Assembly: GCA_016929515.1 (NCBI GenBank)
Contig: JAFGIR010000016.1
Span: 26,390-90,389, forward strand
Source: Pirellulales bacterium
GTDB lineage: Bacteria > Planctomycetota > Planctomycetia > Pirellulales > Thermoguttaceae
Direction of reading: 5' to 3'
Length of the DNA: 64,000 bases
Part shown: positions 61,748 through 64,000 of the stretch, piece by piece
Numbering within the stretch: the first letter of the stretch is position 1
Layout of the letters: each line of letters starts with the position of its first letter
Notes under the pieces: model-generated
Databases searched by the model: none
Seen by the model: only the letters and a program-made list of their open reading frames with translations
Told to the model about the DNA's origin: nothing
Program-made: the position numbers and the translations under genes

Positions 61748-63544
61748 TTAGTCCCTGTCGGCGCAAAGGACCGAGACGAACGCTTTCTGGGGTATATTGA
61801 CTTTGCCGATCAACTTCATCTTTGCCTTGCCCTTCTTTTGCTTGTCGAGGAGCTTATTCTTGCGCGTCACGTCGCCCCCGTAGAGTTTTGCGGTCACGTC
61901 TTTTCGATAAGGCTGGATCGTCGATCGCGCGATGATCGTGCCGCCAATCGTGCCCTGGATCGGGATCTTGAACTGGTGACGGGGAATCGCTTCGGCCAGT
62001 TGTTCACAGTAGTGGAGTGCCCGAGTTCGCGCCTTGTCGCGGTGAACCAGGTAAGAAAGCGTGTCGACCGGCTCCTTGTTTACCAGGATGTCGACCTTCA
62101 CCACGTCGGTGTCTCGATACTCGATCGGCGCGTAGTCAAACGATCCGTATCCCCGGGTGATCGTCTTGAGCTTGCCGTAAAAATCGAAGAGCACCTCGCC
62201 GAGCGGCATCTCGCTGATCACTTCGACCCGCCCCACGGAAAGGTAAGTCATCGTCTGACTCTCCGAGCGATGTTCGCGGCACAGTTCCATGACGGGACCG
62301 ACGTACTCTTCGGGCGTAAGGATCGACGCCTTGATGTAGGGCTCGGTGACCGAGTCGACCTTCGTCGGATCGGGCCAGTGGCTGGGATTGTCCACCTCGA
62401 TCGAACGGCCGTCCTTTAAGGTCACTTTGTACTTGACCGACGGGGCGGAGATAACCAAGCCGATGTCGAATTCTCGCTGCAAACGCTCCTGGATCACGTC
62501 CAGGTGAAGAAGGCCGAGAAACCCACAGCGAAATCCAAAACCGAGAGCCGCCGAACTGTCTTTTTCGTAGGTGAGCGCCGCGTCGTTGATCGCCAGCTTG
62601 TCCAGGGCCTTCGTGAGATCCCTGTACTCGTCCGCGTTCATCGGATAGATCGAGGAGAAAACGACCTGCTTGGCTTTCTTGTAGCCTGGCACCGGTTCGG
62701 CCGCCTGGCGATCGAGGTGAGTGATGGTATCGCCGATTTCGATTTCCCGCACGCTCTTGATTCCGGCGACGATATAGCCCACCTCGCCGGAGCTGAGTTG
62801 CTCTCTTGGATCGAGCCTCAACCGATGGTAGCCCAATTCCTCCACCGTGTAATTGCAGCCCCGGTGCATGAAATGAATGGTGTCGCGTGGTTTGAGCGTG
62901 CCTTCCATGACGCGGCATTGAAGGATCACTCCGCGATACCGATCGAAATGGGCGTCGAAGACCAAGGCTTTCAGCGGCGCGGCCGGGTCGCCCTTGGGAC
63001 TGGGCAGCTTTTCGACGATGCCGGCAAGCACGTCTTCGATGCCGGCGCCCGTCTTCGCGGAAACCGCGATCGCCTCGAACGGATCGAGCCCCAAATCCGC
63101 GTCAATCTCCTCGCGCACGCGCTCGACGTCCGCGGCCGGAAGATCGATCTTATTGATCACGGGCAGAAGCTCCAGATTGTTGTCGAGGGCCAGATAGAGG
63201 TTGGCGACCGTCTGCGCCTCGACGCCCTGGGAAGCATCGATCACGATCAACGCCCCTTCACAAGCCATCAGGGAACGCCGCACTTCGTGCGAAAAGTCGA
63301 CATGGCCCGGCGTATCGATGAGGTTCAGCAGATAGTCCTGGCCGTCCGGCGCGCGGTAGGAGAGCGTAATCGTATTGCTCTTGATCGTAATACCACGTTC
63401 ACGCTCGATATCCATCGCGTCGAGCAACTGGTCGCGGAACTCACGTTGCGTAACGCCGCCACACGCCTGGATCAACCGATCGGCCAGAGTCGACTTTCCA
63501 TGATCGATATGGGCGATAATGCAGAAGTTCCGAATTTGTTTCAT
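61748..63544 (-). CDS. lepA: translation elongation factor 4 (LepA)
   Basis: It has IRNFCIIAHIDHGKSTLADRL, DTPGHVDF and NKIDLP, plus the LepA C-terminal domain (TIGGTIIARSTIQPYRKDVTAKLYGGDVTRK). Confidence 0.95.
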   Translation of the reverse strand: MKQIRNFCIIAHIDHGKSTLADRLIQACGGVTQREFRDQLLDAMDIERERGITIKSNTITLSYRAPDGQDYLLNLIDTPGHVDFSHEVRRSLMACEGALIVIDASQGVEAQTVANLYLALDNNLELLPVINKIDLPAADVERVREEIDADLGLDPFEAIAVSAKTGAGIEDVLAGIVEKLPSPKGDPAAPLKALVFDAHFDRYRGVILQCRVMEGTLKPRDTIHFMHRGCNYTVEELGYHRLRLDPREQLSSGEVGYIVAGIKSVREIEIGDTITHLDRQAAEPVPGYKKAKQVVFSSIYPMNADEYRDLTKALDKLAINDAALTYEKDSSAALGFGFRCGFLGLLHLDVIQERLQREFDIGLVISAPSVKYKVTLKDGRSIEVDNPSHWPDPTKVDSVTEPYIKASILTPEEYVGPVMELCREHRSESQTMTYLSVGRVEVISEMPLGEVLFDFYGKLKTITRGYGSFDYAPIEYRDTDVVKVDILVNKEPVDTLSYLVHRDKARTRALHYCEQLAEAIPRHQFKIPIQGTIGGTIIARSTIQPYRKDVTAKLYGGDVTRKNKLLDKQKKGKAKMKLIGKVNIPQKAFVSVLCADRD

Positions 63545-63700
63545 GCGTACTGTTCTTGTGGAGAATGACCTGCGGCTTCGCGCATCGCAGCTAGGATTCT
63601 AGTGAATGACGCCGGCAACCGATAGGGATCGGTGGGAATTTGAATCCCGAGCGAAAATCGCCATGAACGCTCGTCTTGATGTACCGTCAACTCGATTTAA

Positions 63701-64000
63701 TCAAGGCGACTCGTCCTGTTTGCCGGCATAGTCAAAATGGCATTGCGTGATGCCGCATTGCATGAGCGTCGCGCACAATCCAACCGCTTCCTCCGATGGT
63801 GTAAGCCCGCCTTCCGGGGCCCGCACGCCCTTGGATCGTATGATCACTCTGCCTCGCGCGACCCACTTGGCAACGTTTGGATCTTCGAGCGACGCGCCGA
63901 CGGCATCGCAATCGCCGACCGTCGTCAGGACGGTTCCCGCATGGTCGATCAGGTCGAAAACGCCGTCGTGCACATGGATGACCAAGGTCGGCGGCAGGGC
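63701..64000 (-). CDS. partial hypothetical CDS (5' end probably beyond window)
   Basis: The frame stays open upstream of the listed TTG at 63985 to the window end (..ALPPTLVIHVHDG..). No recognisable domain. Confidence 0.35.
   Translation of the reverse strand, partial: ALPPTLVIHVHDGVFDLIDHAGTVLTTVGDCDAVGASLEDPNVAKWVARGRVIIRSKGVRAPEGGLTPSEEAVGLCATLMQCGITQCHFDYAGKQDESP

Noticed and set aside
63634-63648. GGGAATTTGAATCCC, which on the minus strand reads GGGATTCAAATTCCC and resembles a tRNA T-arm with a TTCAAAT loop.
   Set aside because: The T-stem has only 4 bp. The sequence 48 nt upstream (AATCGAG) cannot pair with the would-be 3' acceptor strand (CCGATCC), and no D-arm or anticodon arm could be drawn.

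Overview
This is a GC-rich bacterial chromosomal segment. Its gene content and interspersed palindromic repeat families look Planctomycetota/Pirellulales-like. That is inference from flagellar genes combined with SHD1-domain, EF-hand, TPR and 'YSVGxDxxDD'-tailed membrane proteins and several Tat signals; I cannot verify it here. I call about 55 protein genes and see no rRNA, tRNA, CRISPR array, transposase or integrase.

There are two flagellar blocks. (i) A minus-strand run at 1-7275: histidine kinase, fliE, a single-ORF fliF-fliG fusion, fliH, fliI, fliJ, fliN, then a truncated exported protein. (ii) A plus-strand flhA-flhF-flhG-fliA run at 24925-30553, with a convergent PilZ gene and a nearby flgM-fur pair.

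Housekeeping genes are mdh, tatC, rluB, a pyrK-like gene, rpsT, purB, an HD-phosphohydrolase, prfA-prmC, rpmE and lepA.

The accessory or unusual content is:
- three tandem, exactly 524-codon, Tat-signal sugar-isomerase-like paralogs with cysteine-rich signal peptides, behind a ferredoxin-nitroreductase gene (36509-42862);
- a repeat-riddled zone (42863-48030) carrying an AT-richer SHD1 gene, a GH20 hexosaminidase and an unknown 166-aa ORF;
- an AT-richer three-gene cassette (MqsR-like toxin, MqsA-like Zn-ribbon/HTH antitoxin, translationally coupled ImmA/IrrE metallopeptidase) with a perfect 18-bp palindrome over its predicted promoter (48092-49967);
- a ~106-nt intercistronic element present twice (fliH/fliI junction and 11965-12071).

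All calls rest on reading the translated ORFs and the DNA by eye. No database search was possible.
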